A DNA stretch of 64,000 bases from positions 64,001 through 128,000 of IMG/VR virus record IMGVR_UViG_3300042922_000836; one strand, 5' to 3'. The notes under the pieces were generated by a model. The model was not told the DNA's origin, did not search any database, and saw only the letters and a program-made list of their open reading frames with translations. Position 1 is the first letter of the stretch. Every line of letters starts with the position of its first letter. Source of the DNA: a virus. Shown piece after piece: positions 10,198 through 20,818 of the stretch. The position numbers and the translations under genes were made by a program.

Positions 10198-11295
10198 TTA
10201 AAATAAATCTTCATCGTTATTATTAAATTGTGAATCCTTTGTATCTAAAAACTTTTTAATATGAGGACATGATTTTCTATGATTGCACAAAACTGTACAA
10301 AAGAAAGTATCTTCGACAGCTTTACCGCTTTTATTGTATTTGGTGAAATTTTTTACTTTCCATTCACTCTCTTTGTCAGATTTATTTTCAAATCTTTTAA
10401 TCATTTCCGTAATATATTCAATGGTTTCTCTTCTGACTTCATCTGTCAATTCGTATTTTCTCACATATGGTTTTATTGTATATTTGTCTATAACACTTGA
10501 TGGTAAATTACTAAGTGAGTTATTTTTTAATGATTCTGTCAGCATATTTTCTACATCGAATTCATCATACCCTAAGTCATATAAGTTTTTTTCAAGATAC
10601 GGTTTTAATTCTGATACAAGCTTACCACGATTAATTACTTTCGACTGCGTTGTTTCAGATTTAGAGGTTTTTTTGGTTTTTCCCATAAAAGTAACTTCAC
10701 AATATTTAACCATTATCCAAGCAACAAGCTTTACTTTGTTTCCCTCTTGCTCTTTAGCCATTGCATATAAACAAAGCTGTCTTCCCGCCTTAATTAAGCT
10801 TTCATTGTCGAAATCAGTTGATGTTTTATAATCAAAGATTGAAATTGTATCATCATTATTATGCCTGATTAAATCAGTGTAACCTTGTAGATATACATCC
10901 TCATTCAGTTTATAAAGTATCAATTCCTCAGTAGTAAAGTATCCATATGGTCTTCTGTAATTTTCGCAGAAGTGGTTCATATCCTTTAACCAATTTTCTC
11001 TTATTTTTTCATTGGGGAAATCTACTCCGACAAGGTCAAGTTCCTCCAGCTCTTTATGTAATGCAATTTTCAAATCTTCTTCAGTTGCCTCATCATTCAT
11101 AAGCAATTCCAAAGTATCATGAATAATTGAGCCGAGAATAGAATAAACACCGTCAATACCTTTATCATGTTTTATGTAAGTTCGCCATGCACTGTATTCA
11201 CATTCATGAATTGTGTTTAGTTTGCTGATAGAGTAAATTCGTTTTTTTAATTCATATAACTTTTCAAGTCTTTCATCTTTTTCACGTATGCCTAT
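10198..11295 (-). CDS. PD-(D/E)XK exonuclease (AddB/Cas4-like) with Cys cluster
   Basis: frame extends upstream of track start through YSISKLNTIHEC..GSIIHDTLE; GYTDLI, DYKTS, QLCLY, C-terminal FCTVLCNHRKSC; probable ATA start at 11295. Confidence 0.8.
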   Translation of the reverse strand: MGIREKDERLEKLYELKKRIYSISKLNTIHECEYSAWRTYIKHDKGIDGVYSILGSIIHDTLELLMNDEATEEDLKIALHKELEELDLVGVDFPNEKIRENWLKDMNHFCENYRRPYGYFTTEELILYKLNEDVYLQGYTDLIRHNNDDTISIFDYKTSTDFDNESLIKAGRQLCLYAMAKEQEGNKVKLVAWIMVKYCEVTFMGKTKKTSKSETTQSKVINRGKLVSELKPYLEKNLYDLGYDEFDVENMLTESLKNNSLSNLPSSVIDKYTIKPYVRKYELTDEVRRETIEYITEMIKRFENKSDKESEWKVKNFTKYNKSGKAVEDTFFCTVLCNHRKSCPHIKKFLDTKDSQFNNNDEDLF

Positions 11296-11310
11296 AATTA
11301 TCTTCCTTTC

Positions 11311-12333
11311 TTATAACCATATTGTACATTCCTGAATGATTTTCTTAAAAATATCTTTTGGCATGTCACAAGGAGATAATTTACTGTCCTTTGGCAAATA
11401 TTTATTTTCCAAATCATAAATAAAGCCAATTTGATTTTGAAACATCAAATTATCAACCTGTAATTTTTTACATTCCTCAATGATATCTTCGATTTTTAAA
11501 CCTTCATCATAACATACAATGTATCTTTTAATTAATAAAGCTTTTAAATATTTTGCTTGTATGTCGGATATATGACAACCGCAACTTGCGACTGCATTGT
11601 TACAACCCATACTGAATAATTTCATTATTGATTTTTCACTTTCTACAATTAAACATAAATCTTTTTCTTGAATTGCCGAATAATTTTTAGCATAACCATA
11701 GAGTGTTAAACTCCGACTACAAGGAATAATGGGTAAATATCTTTCCTCTTTTGCACAATGCTTATCATTTAATCTTCCCATTATTCCGATTAATTTATTA
11801 TCTAATGAATATTCAGGAATGGTAATCCTATTTGTTGTAAAATCATAACCAATACCGAATTCTTCTTGTGCTTGAAAGTCTATTCCGTCTTTAAAAAACA
11901 GCATATTATATTTGTTTTTATATGGCTCTAAAATGCTTTCAGGATATGTTTTCATAGATAGTTCAGGCTCTACAATATCTTTAAGAAGATCCTTATAAAA
12001 CCCGCCAAATGGAAATTTTACATCAGTTTGGAATTGAGATTTTTCCAACCCAGCTTTTTCTGTTATATAATCTAATGCTTGTAAAAAGCTTATTTCTTTC
12101 TTTTTCATGCATAAGGTATATAAATTTCCTTTATCATTATTGCTGAAACAATGGTATGACAAAGTATTTAAATTGAAAACAGTTGATGTAGGATTTCTGC
12201 CTGATTCTCTTGCAAACCGTAATATTTCCTTTGTTTTATCATGAGAAATATTATCAAATCCCAAATCTTCCAATATTGAAATAACAGTTTCGGTGTTATT
12301 GCTTAAATAATCTGTTAATGCAATTAAATTGAT
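11311..12333 (-). CDS. DNA primase (TOPRIM)
   Basis: RITIPE, IGIMGR, LYG, IVESEKS, CYDEG; between helicase and nuclease; probable ATC start at 12333. Confidence 0.8.
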   Translation of the reverse strand: MNLIALTDYLSNNTETVISILEDLGFDNISHDKTKEILRFARESGRNPTSTVFNLNTLSYHCFSNNDKGNLYTLCMKKKEISFLQALDYITEKAGLEKSQFQTDVKFPFGGFYKDLLKDIVEPELSMKTYPESILEPYKNKYNMLFFKDGIDFQAQEEFGIGYDFTTNRITIPEYSLDNKLIGIMGRLNDKHCAKEERYLPIIPCSRSLTLYGYAKNYSAIQEKDLCLIVESEKSIMKLFSMGCNNAVASCGCHISDIQAKYLKALLIKRYIVCYDEGLKIEDIIEECKKLQVDNLMFQNQIGFIYDLENKYLPKDSKLSPCDMPKDIFKKIIQECTIWL

Positions 12334-12365
12334 GTAGCATCACCTCCCCTATCTTGCTTTATATT

Positions 12366-13835
12366 TTATTGGTGTGTATTGACTACTGTACAATATCCTA
12401 CTTCAGTCCATTTATTATATCTGCCATTAAATTCATAGACCAACTGTACATTAGTTTCATCATTTCTACTTTTGTCTAAAAAGAATATTTTATATGTTTT
12501 ATTTTTATCAAGAGTTATCATTTTCCTGATTTTTGAATATTTACCGTTTTCATCTCTTTCAAGCTGATACGGTTTTACATCATATCTTTCGTTTTCAAAT
12601 TCATCTGCCCATATATCACGAAAGTAAACCATTTCAGAAAATACTTCTTTTATTTGTTTAGCATTACTTAGACAACTTGCGTTTAAATACCTTTGATTTA
12701 AAGTGTGTAATGCCAACTGATATGTAGTGACAATTGCAATATTTTCTTTACTTGCAAGTTGCAATAATTTTCTTGACTGCATTAAAAGTTGTTGCCACAT
12801 TGAATTATCATCAATTTCATCTTCACTTTTAAATGTGTCATACATAACCAAGTTATAACCAAGTTTGCTGTACTTTCGGATATATTTTGTAATCTTATTC
12901 ATATCATTATCAAACATCTTATAAAACTTGATTGTCTTATATTTTTCATTGGCTATATCCTTTGCTTTATTTAACATATCAAGTTGTTCTTGTGTAAAAT
13001 TGCCCATTTTAATTTTTTTACGAGTAAGATCCCAATAATTTAATTCTTGCGTTAAAATATGAATCAATAATAAAATTTTGAAAGCCTCTGATTTTTGTTC
13101 GTTACTTATGACAATACATTTGATACCACTTTCACAAGCTGGTATTATCATATTTTCAAAAACGAAAGATGATTTTCCACCACCTGAATAAGAACTTAAC
13201 ATAAACAATTCAGATAAGGGAATTCCTAAAGTTAAATAATTTAATATTTTGCATATCTTTCCATAAGCAATTCCCATAGTTGAACCTTTATTACATTCGG
13301 CAATGAAATCATCATCTATTTCAAGAGTTTCAATATTCATATCATGACTTACATTTATCGCAACACTATTTAACTGATAATCAAAAAAATCATAAACATC
13401 TTGGCTTGTCATATTTTTGAATTTGTTTAAATTCTGCAAAATATTAAAACCTTTATCGTAATACTGTAACATTATATTTGCTTTAACAATTTTATCGTGA
13501 TAAGCATCAATATTATCTGTATTTATCAAATTTTTCAAATCTTCAACTGTCCTGCATCCACCCATTTCATCAAATTTTGATTTTACATTTGGCTTGTCCT
13601 GTAAAAACGTAAATATTGATACAGAATCAAAAGATTTAAATCCTTGATTATACATTTGTTTTCCGAGAGAAAAGTAAAATATGCCATCATCCGTTAATAT
13701 TGTTTCGTCACCATTTTCATTTATCTTGCCATAATCATCATATAAATCAGGCTCTTTCCACAAACAAAAAATAAAGGAAGCCTCAATACTTTCTCTGCCA
13801 TTAGTTAACTCTGCTGGATACTTTTTTAAATCTAT
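12366..13835 (-). CDS. replicative DnaB-like helicase
   Basis: Walker A SYSGGGKSS, ISNEQ, YDTFK, QLA, DKSRN; probable ATA start at 13835. Confidence 0.85.
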   Translation of the reverse strand: MDLKKYPAELTNGRESIEASFIFCLWKEPDLYDDYGKINENGDETILTDDGIFYFSLGKQMYNQGFKSFDSVSIFTFLQDKPNVKSKFDEMGGCRTVEDLKNLINTDNIDAYHDKIVKANIMLQYYDKGFNILQNLNKFKNMTSQDVYDFFDYQLNSVAINVSHDMNIETLEIDDDFIAECNKGSTMGIAYGKICKILNYLTLGIPLSELFMLSSYSGGGKSSFVFENMIIPACESGIKCIVISNEQKSEAFKILLLIHILTQELNYWDLTRKKIKMGNFTQEQLDMLNKAKDIANEKYKTIKFYKMFDNDMNKITKYIRKYSKLGYNLVMYDTFKSEDEIDDNSMWQQLLMQSRKLLQLASKENIAIVTTYQLALHTLNQRYLNASCLSNAKQIKEVFSEMVYFRDIWADEFENERYDVKPYQLERDENGKYSKIRKMITLDKNKTYKIFFLDKSRNDETNVQLVYEFNGRYNKWTEVGYCTVVNTHQ

Positions 13836-14353
13836 ACTTCGTCATCTCCTAAAAATTTACTTATATCTTTTCTATCTTTTTGATTATTGTTATTATTAAT
13901 ATCTGCCATATCTCTTGCAGTGTCTATACATATAATTTTCATTTCACTGTTTTGCCTTGATTTTACACGTTTTTTATCTTCATATACTTGATTGATATTG
14001 TTATTTATAATTCCAAAAATATAGGCTATTTTAAGACTTTCATTTTCAAAATCCTTTTGCCTTAATGCCTTTTTAATTTTTTCATCTTGCTGTTCGATTG
14101 TTTCTAAAATAACTTCATTACTATAAAAGTTAAGTTCATTTAATTTACGAGTTAATATTGTATTAAACTTTTGACCTTTTTCATAGTTCAAAAATTCATA
14201 ACAGATATGATCAACTATTTTTCTATATAAAGTTTTAGGTTTCTGAAATTCATCATAGACTTCTTGTGATTTATAATATTTATTCTTAATTTTAATGAAT
14301 TCATCAGTATAACCTATTTCGCCTGTTATTGTACATTTACATTTTCTTCTCAT
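13832..14353 (-). CDS. hypothetical replication-region protein
   Basis: ORF between AAA ATPase and helicase; start MRRKCKC after GGGGTG RBS. Confidence 0.6.
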   Translation of the reverse strand: MRRKCKCTITGEIGYTDEFIKIKNKYYKSQEVYDEFQKPKTLYRKIVDHICYEFLNYEKGQKFNTILTRKLNELNFYSNEVILETIEQQDEKIKKALRQKDFENESLKIAYIFGIINNNINQVYEDKKRVKSRQNSEMKIICIDTARDMADINNNNNQKDRKDISKFLGDDEV

Positions 14354-14371
14354 ATTAACACCCCCAAGGAA

Positions 14372-14390
14372 AGGTGGGTAATACCCACCT
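14372..14390. terminator. GC-rich intergenic hairpin
   Basis: AGGTGGGTA-A-TACCCACCT inverted repeat; weak U-tract. Confidence 0.45.
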
Positions 14391-14397
14391 ATTTTAA

Positions 14398-15498
14398 TTA
14401 CTGTTCTAAAAGTGCAACGATTTCGCAAAGAACATCAACAGGTAATTTTTCATCAGTAAATTTCTTACAATTGCTTTCGGCTAATTTTGCTTTTGCACTT
14501 GCTTTTACAGAATCTGATGCTTTAATGAATTTATCAGAAATAATGGCAAGATAATTTTGTCTTAAATCAATATTTGCGGTTTCATCATCGACTTCATGCT
14601 CTTTTTTTATTGCTATTTCTGCCTGTTTTTCATGCTGTTTTTCTTCTGCTTTTTTCATATTATTTAATTCACTTTCAGAAACAGGTTCTGTAATTGAGTT
14701 TTTAACACCATATTCAAAAGCTTCAAGAAATGCCTCTGGTGATAAATCAATCTTTTCAGGTAATACAGTAAATCTGCTACCCGCATCGATAAATGAATTA
14801 CCTCTTAAATAAATAATTCTATGTTCACCGAGAATTTTACCGTCTACAATTTCTCTATCTATACCACCGACCATAACCATCTGTGCTGTATCGGCAATAG
14901 CAGAGTAAATATTGTCCTGAAGGTTATTTGTGATTTGTTCATACTTTTCACCACTGAATAAATCGGTTTTTTCCTTCAACTTTGTATGACACAGAATAAA
15001 TACTGCTATACCAGCATTTCTTAAACGAGCCATTTGGTCATTTATAAGAAGTATTAATCTATCTTTGCCACGATTATAACCACCAAATGCATCATTCAAT
15101 GATTTACAAGGAGTACCTTTTTCTTTCTTATGTAATCTGAAAACTTCTTTTGTAGCCACATCAACCATTGTGTCGAAAGTATCAAAGCAAATTCCCTTTA
15201 TACCATAAGTTTTATTATTTTCGACTATATCATCAACAATCTGTTCAAAACCTCTGGTTTCTGTTTCCTCATCATAATCCTGTGACCAATCTGTTGCAAC
15301 TTCAACTTGTAAATTATCGAGTGAATGATAACCTTCCTCATTTCCAAAGGATACAAGCAATCCCTTTGTTTCATCACCCCATGCCTTTTTAACAAGCTTT
15401 GACCACCATGTAGTTTTACCAAATTTTCTTGGTGCAAGAAACATATAATGCGGATAACTACATAAATCCACTTTAACCTTATTCAATTTAAATCCCAT
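14398..15498 (-). CDS. AAA_24 ATPase (Sak4-like recombination/annealing protein)
   Basis: APRKFGKTT, FDTFD, GGYNRG, ILCH, AGSRF; next to SSB-like gene. Confidence 0.75.
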   Translation of the reverse strand: MGFKLNKVKVDLCSYPHYMFLAPRKFGKTTWWSKLVKKAWGDETKGLLVSFGNEEGYHSLDNLQVEVATDWSQDYDEETETRGFEQIVDDIVENNKTYGIKGICFDTFDTMVDVATKEVFRLHKKEKGTPCKSLNDAFGGYNRGKDRLILLINDQMARLRNAGIAVFILCHTKLKEKTDLFSGEKYEQITNNLQDNIYSAIADTAQMVMVGGIDREIVDGKILGEHRIIYLRGNSFIDAGSRFTVLPEKIDLSPEAFLEAFEYGVKNSITEPVSESELNNMKKAEEKQHEKQAEIAIKKEHEVDDETANIDLRQNYLAIISDKFIKASDSVKASAKAKLAESNCKKFTDEKLPVDVLCEIVALLEQ

Positions 15499-15524
15499 AA
15501 TAAAATCCTTCTTTCTTTTTATAA

Positions 15525-15545
15525 GGTGGCAGATTGACTGCCACC
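15525..15545. terminator. intergenic hairpin
   Basis: GGTGGCAG-ATTGA-CTGCCACC. Confidence 0.45.
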
Positions 15546-15561
15546 ATAATTTAATTTAATT

Positions 15562-16662
15562 TTAGAATAAATCAGAATCATCAACATCAGGCTTTTCTAC
15601 TACTGTTTTTGTTTCAGGCTTGTCCTCTGCTTTTTTCATTACTTCCTCAAGATTTTCATCTTTGGTAGGAACAAAAATACTTTCTTCAAATTCTGACATT
15701 TTCATTTCTGAATCAATAATACCGTTTGCGAAATCACCTAAGAGTTTAGGATCGGCAAGTCTATATTCATTAATCTTTTCACCGACTATACTTCCTCTTG
15801 GCTTAAAATATTCAAGAGGATGAATATCAAGCTCAACCTGTTGTTTCTGTGCGGGAGTTAACATCGATTCATTAAATTCAACTTCTTCTGCACCACGAAT
15901 TAAGCGAACATCCCATAACATATGAGCCATTGTTTTGTTTTTTATATCGATATAATTCATTTTATAGTCGAATAATTTTTTATGGCTTTCGTTATTTTCA
16001 AAGTCAAACTTAGAATAATTAAAAATAAGCTGTTGCGGAACGAATTTATTCTTTTCATCTTTATTTATGTACTGCTCGATAAAACCGTTTAAATAAATCT
16101 TTTTATTTTCTTTCTGCTCAGATTTATCAATGCTATCCTTGTTGTAATAGAAATCAAAAGTGAGCAACAATTTATTTTTCTGTTCTTTATCAACCGCATA
16201 AATATTCTGAAACTTGAATTTATCGTAATACTGATCCTTATACCATTCTTTGGCGAACTGTCCTATAACACAAACTTTGCCCTCATATTTCGGCAACCAA
16301 TCTTTCAAAAAGACAAGAGCATCATACTGTGTAAGAAACTCTTTCCGACCACCAAAGTCTTCTCCAAGGTCTACTGTAAACTTTTTAAAACTTGCAATCT
16401 TTTTAAGCACATCTTCATCGAGCCTGTTTGCCCATTTTATTTCGATTTTTTCATTTTCAGTGTTCATAGATTGAATAACATCCTGAATACTATCAAATCC
16501 CTCAACAAAAGCCATATTGTTATCGCTTTCCTTGATACCGAAGTTTACACTTACCATTGCTTTTTTATTTTTGCCTGTCATTTCTTTAAAAAAAGGTCTT
16601 TTTGCATCCGTTTTCGGAATTAATATTGTTCCTGTAAAATTAAATCTTGCTGGTATACCCAT
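15562..16662 (-). CDS. putative single-stranded DNA-binding protein
   Basis: acidic C-terminal tail DVDDSDLF; position upstream of AAA ATPase/helicase/primase. Confidence 0.55.
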   Translation of the reverse strand: MGIPARFNFTGTILIPKTDAKRPFFKEMTGKNKKAMVSVNFGIKESDNNMAFVEGFDSIQDVIQSMNTENEKIEIKWANRLDEDVLKKIASFKKFTVDLGEDFGGRKEFLTQYDALVFLKDWLPKYEGKVCVIGQFAKEWYKDQYYDKFKFQNIYAVDKEQKNKLLLTFDFYYNKDSIDKSEQKENKKIYLNGFIEQYINKDEKNKFVPQQLIFNYSKFDFENNESHKKLFDYKMNYIDIKNKTMAHMLWDVRLIRGAEEVEFNESMLTPAQKQQVELDIHPLEYFKPRGSIVGEKINEYRLADPKLLGDFANGIIDSEMKMSEFEESIFVPTKDENLEEVMKKAEDKPETKTVVEKPDVDDSDLF

Positions 16663-16767
16663 TTGTTTTTCTCCTTTAAATTTTTAATATTTTTTAATTA
16701 ATGTAATTATTGATAACATATTAAATCAGTAGTTGGTTTTAACCACCCCCTTTATGTAAATATTTAT

Positions 16768-17037
16768 TTAATCCCAACCACAGCAACCGCAACAGTAATT
16801 ATCATATTCTTCATTAGGACTATATTCAAAAAAAGGCAAATCCCATTTACTATCTACGGTTTTGCTACAGAAAGAACACTTTGCTTTTCTTCCCTCTAAT
16901 CCCTCATTTCCTATACATAATTTTTCAATTTCTTCATGCTCTTTTTTCATTCCGATGCAAATACCACATACTGGTTTATTGTTGCTATCTATTGCATTTG
17001 AAACATGTCCACATTTCATAAGATAAGCCATTTTCAA
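16768..17037 (-). CDS. Cys-rich hypothetical protein
   Basis: CxxC pairs, YCCGCCGWD end. Confidence 0.6.
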   Translation of the reverse strand: MKMAYLMKCGHVSNAIDSNNKPVCGICIGMKKEHEEIEKLCIGNEGLEGRKAKCSFCSKTVDSKWDLPFFEYSPNEEYDNYCCGCCGWD

Positions 17038-17252
17038 CTTCCTTTACTATTTGAGCCAAAAAATGTATTAAACAATATTAAAAGTCCAATAGATTGCCAG
17101 TATGTAATTGTGCCGAAATCGGTAATTTCAGGTATTATTCCATTCCATAACCAATATACAATCAATCCATTTATAAAAAATGCAAGAATAGTTCCAATAA
17201 AAGTAACAACACTGTCTGTAAGTTTATCATCTTTGTTTTCGTTATTTTTCAT
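17034..17252 (-). CDS. small membrane protein
   Basis: two hydrophobic segments, WLWN..ITYWQ; start after AAAGGA RBS. Confidence 0.6.
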   Translation of the reverse strand: MKNNENKDDKLTDSVVTFIGTILAFFINGLIVYWLWNGIIPEITDFGTITYWQSIGLLILFNTFFGSNSKGS

Positions 17253-17265
17253 ACGTTTTCCTTTC

Positions 17266-17532
17266 TTAATCGCCTTTATCTGATATATCATTATTAAATT
17301 GTCTATCATTTTCAAGAACACATTCATGACAGGGATGAGTTTCATCATTTCTAACAGCATCTGTACATTCCATACAGAAAATATTATTTGTATTGCAGTC
17401 ACTGATAAAACCGATACAATAAGGACAAAGTAACTTACCACAGATTGAACATCTATAATCATTTAAATCTTCTTCAGCAATTTCTTCATCACTAATATCA
17501 CAACCGCATACTTCACATTTTAAATTATCCAT
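17266..17532 (-). CDS. zinc-finger-like protein
   Basis: multiple CxxC motifs; AAGGAG RBS. Confidence 0.6.
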   Translation of the reverse strand: MDNLKCEVCGCDISDEEIAEEDLNDYRCSICGKLLCPYCIGFISDCNTNNIFCMECTDAVRNDETHPCHECVLENDRQFNNDISDKGD

Positions 17533-17599
17533 TGAATTACTCCTTCATCGTTATTTTTGCCATTATTACTTTGAACGTTTCAAGGTCAAAAAATATATG

Positions 17600-17833
17600 C
17601 TACATCCATTTACCAATAATCTTAGATACCATTGCAGTATATATTGAAATAATTATAATTACTATTACAAATATAATTATTGATAATCCTAATGATATCC
17701 ATAACGGTGAAAGCACCCATAACCAAGACCAATTAATTACTCCAAAACATTTCAATGCAACAAAGATTATTTCTAATAACCACACAGCACCTGAACTAAA
17801 ACCAAAAGTAACTTGGGCAGTATTTTTTTCCAT
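17600..17833 (-). CDS. small membrane protein
   Basis: LKCFGVINWSWLWVLSPLWI hydrophobic hairpin. Confidence 0.65.
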   Translation of the reverse strand: MEKNTAQVTFGFSSGAVWLLEIIFVALKCFGVINWSWLWVLSPLWISLGLSIIIFVIVIIIISIYTAMVSKIIGKWM

Positions 17834-17843
17834 TTTCTCACCT

Positions 17844-18245
17844 CTATTCTATAATTTCAAGTTCCATATAAATATCGCTTGGTACATCATCTTCCCAAAT
17901 AATACTATTTTTTAAAATATAATTATTGTATGTACTTGCTGTTTTATTTGCTCTCATTTTAGCCTGTTCTGCCCAGCCCTGTTTTTCTTCCTTATCACTG
18001 TCTTTATACTGTTCGTATGTAAGTTTATCAGTTTCATATGATGAAATCATTGCTCTGCATGTATCTTCAACCTTTTTTAAAGTCTTATAATTTGTGGCAT
18101 CATCGGCTTTCTGAATGTCATATGCTCTTTTATTCCAAACTGCTCTGCCTTGCGGAGTTGCAACATAAAATATTGTTGCTCCGATTACGATAACTAAGAC
18201 TACAATTCCGATTATTTTATATGCTGTTTCACTCATTTTATTCAC
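17844..18245 (-). CDS. membrane-anchored hypothetical protein
   Basis: N-terminal TM helix; overlaps upstream lipoprotein gene. Confidence 0.65.
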   Translation of the reverse strand: MNKMSETAYKIIGIVVLVIVIGATIFYVATPQGRAVWNKRAYDIQKADDATNYKTLKKVEDTCRAMISSYETDKLTYEQYKDSDKEEKQGWAEQAKMRANKTASTYNNYILKNSIIWEDDVPSDIYMELEIIE

Positions 18246-18798
18246 CTGTTCCTACTTCATATTTAATAACAGGATCGTCAATTTCAAAAGGAATATCAGA
18301 ATATAAATATGTACCTGTCCACTCTATGTATCTTCCATCTGGTGTAAAGAAGAATATTCCGTCTTGCTGATCACCGTAACAACCGTCTATATCTGCCAAC
18401 CATTCTGTATATGAACCATTATACTCTTCACTGATAGGTGTTAAATAATTCGTTAAGCTTGTAACTTTACCCTCAACAATAAATCTGCCTATAACCGCAC
18501 CGTTGTCAGAAAACAATAATACATATCCTAAAGGCATATCTGCAATCGGACAAGGTAATGTTCTTGCCTTTTCTCTCTGTCCATTAACCCAATATGTTTT
18601 TCTGATTATATTATATCGTTCCAATGAATAATCAATATCGGTTGGTGTCGGTTGATTTGCTTGAAGGATATCTGCCATATTTTTAGTGTTTAATGTATCT
18701 TGATATGAGCCATCATCTAATAAGTCACACCCCATAAATGTTACCATTAATATGCCTACAATTAATACGCAAATGATTTTTTTAATAAGTTTCTTCAT
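18238..18798 (-). CDS. lipoprotein
   Basis: signal peptide with FMGC lipobox; AGGAG RBS. Confidence 0.65.
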   Translation of the reverse strand: MKKLIKKIICVLIVGILMVTFMGCDLLDDGSYQDTLNTKNMADILQANQPTPTDIDYSLERYNIIRKTYWVNGQREKARTLPCPIADMPLGYVLLFSDNGAVIGRFIVEGKVTSLTNYLTPISEEYNGSYTEWLADIDGCYGDQQDGIFFFTPDGRYIEWTGTYLYSDIPFEIDDPVIKYEVGTGE

Positions 18799-18829
18799 AA
18801 TTTTTTTAATCTCCTTTAATTTATATGTT

Positions 18830-19042
18830 TTATTTTAATTTATTTATTAAGCCATCAAGAATAAGGTTTACTTGGTCAACATCATAAGGATCATAATCCA
18901 AAAGACCACAAGGACATTTACAATGATACAAATAGTCCTCTTTATTTCCTGTTAATATATTTTCTACTTTAATACTGATTTCACTTCCGTTAGGTTCAAT
19001 AACATATCTAACATTTCCAAATAAAATTTCTAATCTTTTCAT
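18830..19042 (-). CDS. hypothetical protein
   Basis: ORF with GAGG RBS. Confidence 0.55.
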   Translation of the reverse strand: MKRLEILFGNVRYVIEPNGSEISIKVENILTGNKEDYLYHCKCPCGLLDYDPYDVDQVNLILDGLINKLK

Positions 19043-19093
19043 TTAAATATCCTCTTTCTTCTTATAACGTTTAATTACTTTAATCGTTGTGAC

Positions 19094-20818
19094 TTAAAAA
19101 TTTTTATGCAATAATGCTCTTATCTCTGCCAAAGACTGTTCCCTCAATAATTTACCATCTTCAAATATCGGTTCAAGTAAATTATCCGTTGCTTTATCAT
19201 ATTCTTCCTGTGACAAGCCATCCCTATAAAGAATATCATCACCGTTACGGTATACACAAACTTTTCCTGTTGCAGATTTCTTAAAACCTGAATCGGTAAT
19301 CGGATCTTTGTAAAGATTCTTTTCTTCACTACCGAATATTCCGTATGTTGATTTTAAAGCAAAGCCAAAAGTATCCCTTGTATTATACTGATATGTATAA
19401 GAACCGATACCATATACCATATTGGTAGATGCAAAACCTTTTGCTTTTAATCTATCACAAATTTCTTTACATCTGTCTAATGTAATTGCATCACCGTAGA
19501 TACAGCCGATATGTGTATCAAGCTGTTTATATCCCTGTGCAGTAATTGTTCCACCGAAAATTTCCCAAAGGATTTCAATAACACCTTTTTGTTCAGATTT
19601 CAATTTAATTTCATTACATCTTGCAAGATTATATGTATAAATATAATAATACTGTTTATCATATCTGTTCCAATCAACATCAAATACAATTTCATAATTA
19701 ATATTATTGAATTTAAATACCCCGCTAACTTCACTTTTACCACATTCACCATGTGGAGTATTGGTTCTTAATTCATCAATTAGAGTTTCTTCCATCCATT
19801 TTTTACAATCATCAAGAGTTTTTATGTAATTCTCTTTGTCTAAATCATATATCTGGACAGTACCGCAAACAATATCCACAGGATTACCTGAGTCTGGTCT
19901 TATAACTATTCTACCGTCACGATTTATAATTTCAGGCTTTAATTTACCTATAACATCATACAATACACTCCATAAATCCCAAGTATCTGAAACTATAGAG
20001 GCAAAACCTTTCGGATATACTTCCGTAATTATATGGCGATAAGATTCCAATTCATTTCTGCCATATGCACACATAACCGAATGTTCTGTTGCGGGAATTG
20101 AACAGCCTACAAGTTCTTTTTCAATGTTTGCATTGTAATAATTCTCATGATATAAAATAGCGGGAATTGTATCTGTACCAACAAATGATGTTAAGTGACC
20201 AGCACCACTTGATACTGCACTTTCTACTCCACCCATGCCTCTAAAAGAAAAATCATGTCCTTGGAATTTAACACCGCTTAAATCACCATTGGTTTCATTT
20301 GCATAATCATTAAGCATTTTCCGATACTTATATGCAATAGTAGCAGAAGTAGTTGGTTGCCATAAACAACTCGACATTAAAGTTTCCAGATAATTTGTCA
20401 GCCAGAAGAATTCAGGTTTCGTGTTTTCAATCGTTAACATGGGAGTTCTTATGTTTACTCTCGTACCTTCCTTAACAGCACTTATTTTAATAGGAAGATA
20501 ACCTAACTTATGTAATGCCTCAAGGTGACTTGCATCAGGATCAGGATCGTTTAAGGTATATTTAATTGCTCTTTTGTATTCATTGATTACATCTTCCAAA
20601 GGTCTTTTGAAGAAATTTTCATCAAAATAGTTAATTAAATAGTTTTTAATAAATCCCTGAAATCCAAAAGCTACTATCTTGTCCACACCTTTTATTCTGG
20701 TCATTCTTGGTGTCCATGTGCTATAAATTTTCTCCGTATTTGCTGGATACTGCTTTCTATGTGATATCTTATAAAAATCACACAGCAAAGTTGCGGGTAA
20801 TTTCAAATTTTCTTTCAT
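19094..20818 (-). CDS. nicotinamide phosphoribosyltransferase-like protein (NadV/NAMPT; probable Namat of NARP1)
   Basis: DFYKISH, HDFSFRG, GTDT, PATEHSVM, SIVSDTWD, IRPDSG, YGDAIT, RDTFGFA, KKSA. Confidence 0.9.
   Translation of the reverse strand: MKENLKLPATLLCDFYKISHRKQYPANTEKIYSTWTPRMTRIKGVDKIVAFGFQGFIKNYLINYFDENFFKRPLEDVINEYKRAIKYTLNDPDPDASHLEALHKLGYLPIKISAVKEGTRVNIRTPMLTIENTKPEFFWLTNYLETLMSSCLWQPTTSATIAYKYRKMLNDYANETNGDLSGVKFQGHDFSFRGMGGVESAVSSGAGHLTSFVGTDTIPAILYHENYYNANIEKELVGCSIPATEHSVMCAYGRNELESYRHIITEVYPKGFASIVSDTWDLWSVLYDVIGKLKPEIINRDGRIVIRPDSGNPVDIVCGTVQIYDLDKENYIKTLDDCKKWMEETLIDELRTNTPHGECGKSEVSGVFKFNNINYEIVFDVDWNRYDKQYYYIYTYNLARCNEIKLKSEQKGVIEILWEIFGGTITAQGYKQLDTHIGCIYGDAITLDRCKEICDRLKAKGFASTNMVYGIGSYTYQYNTRDTFGFALKSTYGIFGSEEKNLYKDPITDSGFKKSATGKVCVYRNGDDILYRDGLSQEEYDKATDNLLEPIFEDGKLLREQSLAEIRALLHKNF

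Noticed and set aside
10198-11295. Cas4 as evidence of a CRISPR-Cas system
   Set aside because: Sits in the replication operon between primase and DnaE, as is usual for phage PD-(D/E)XK exonucleases
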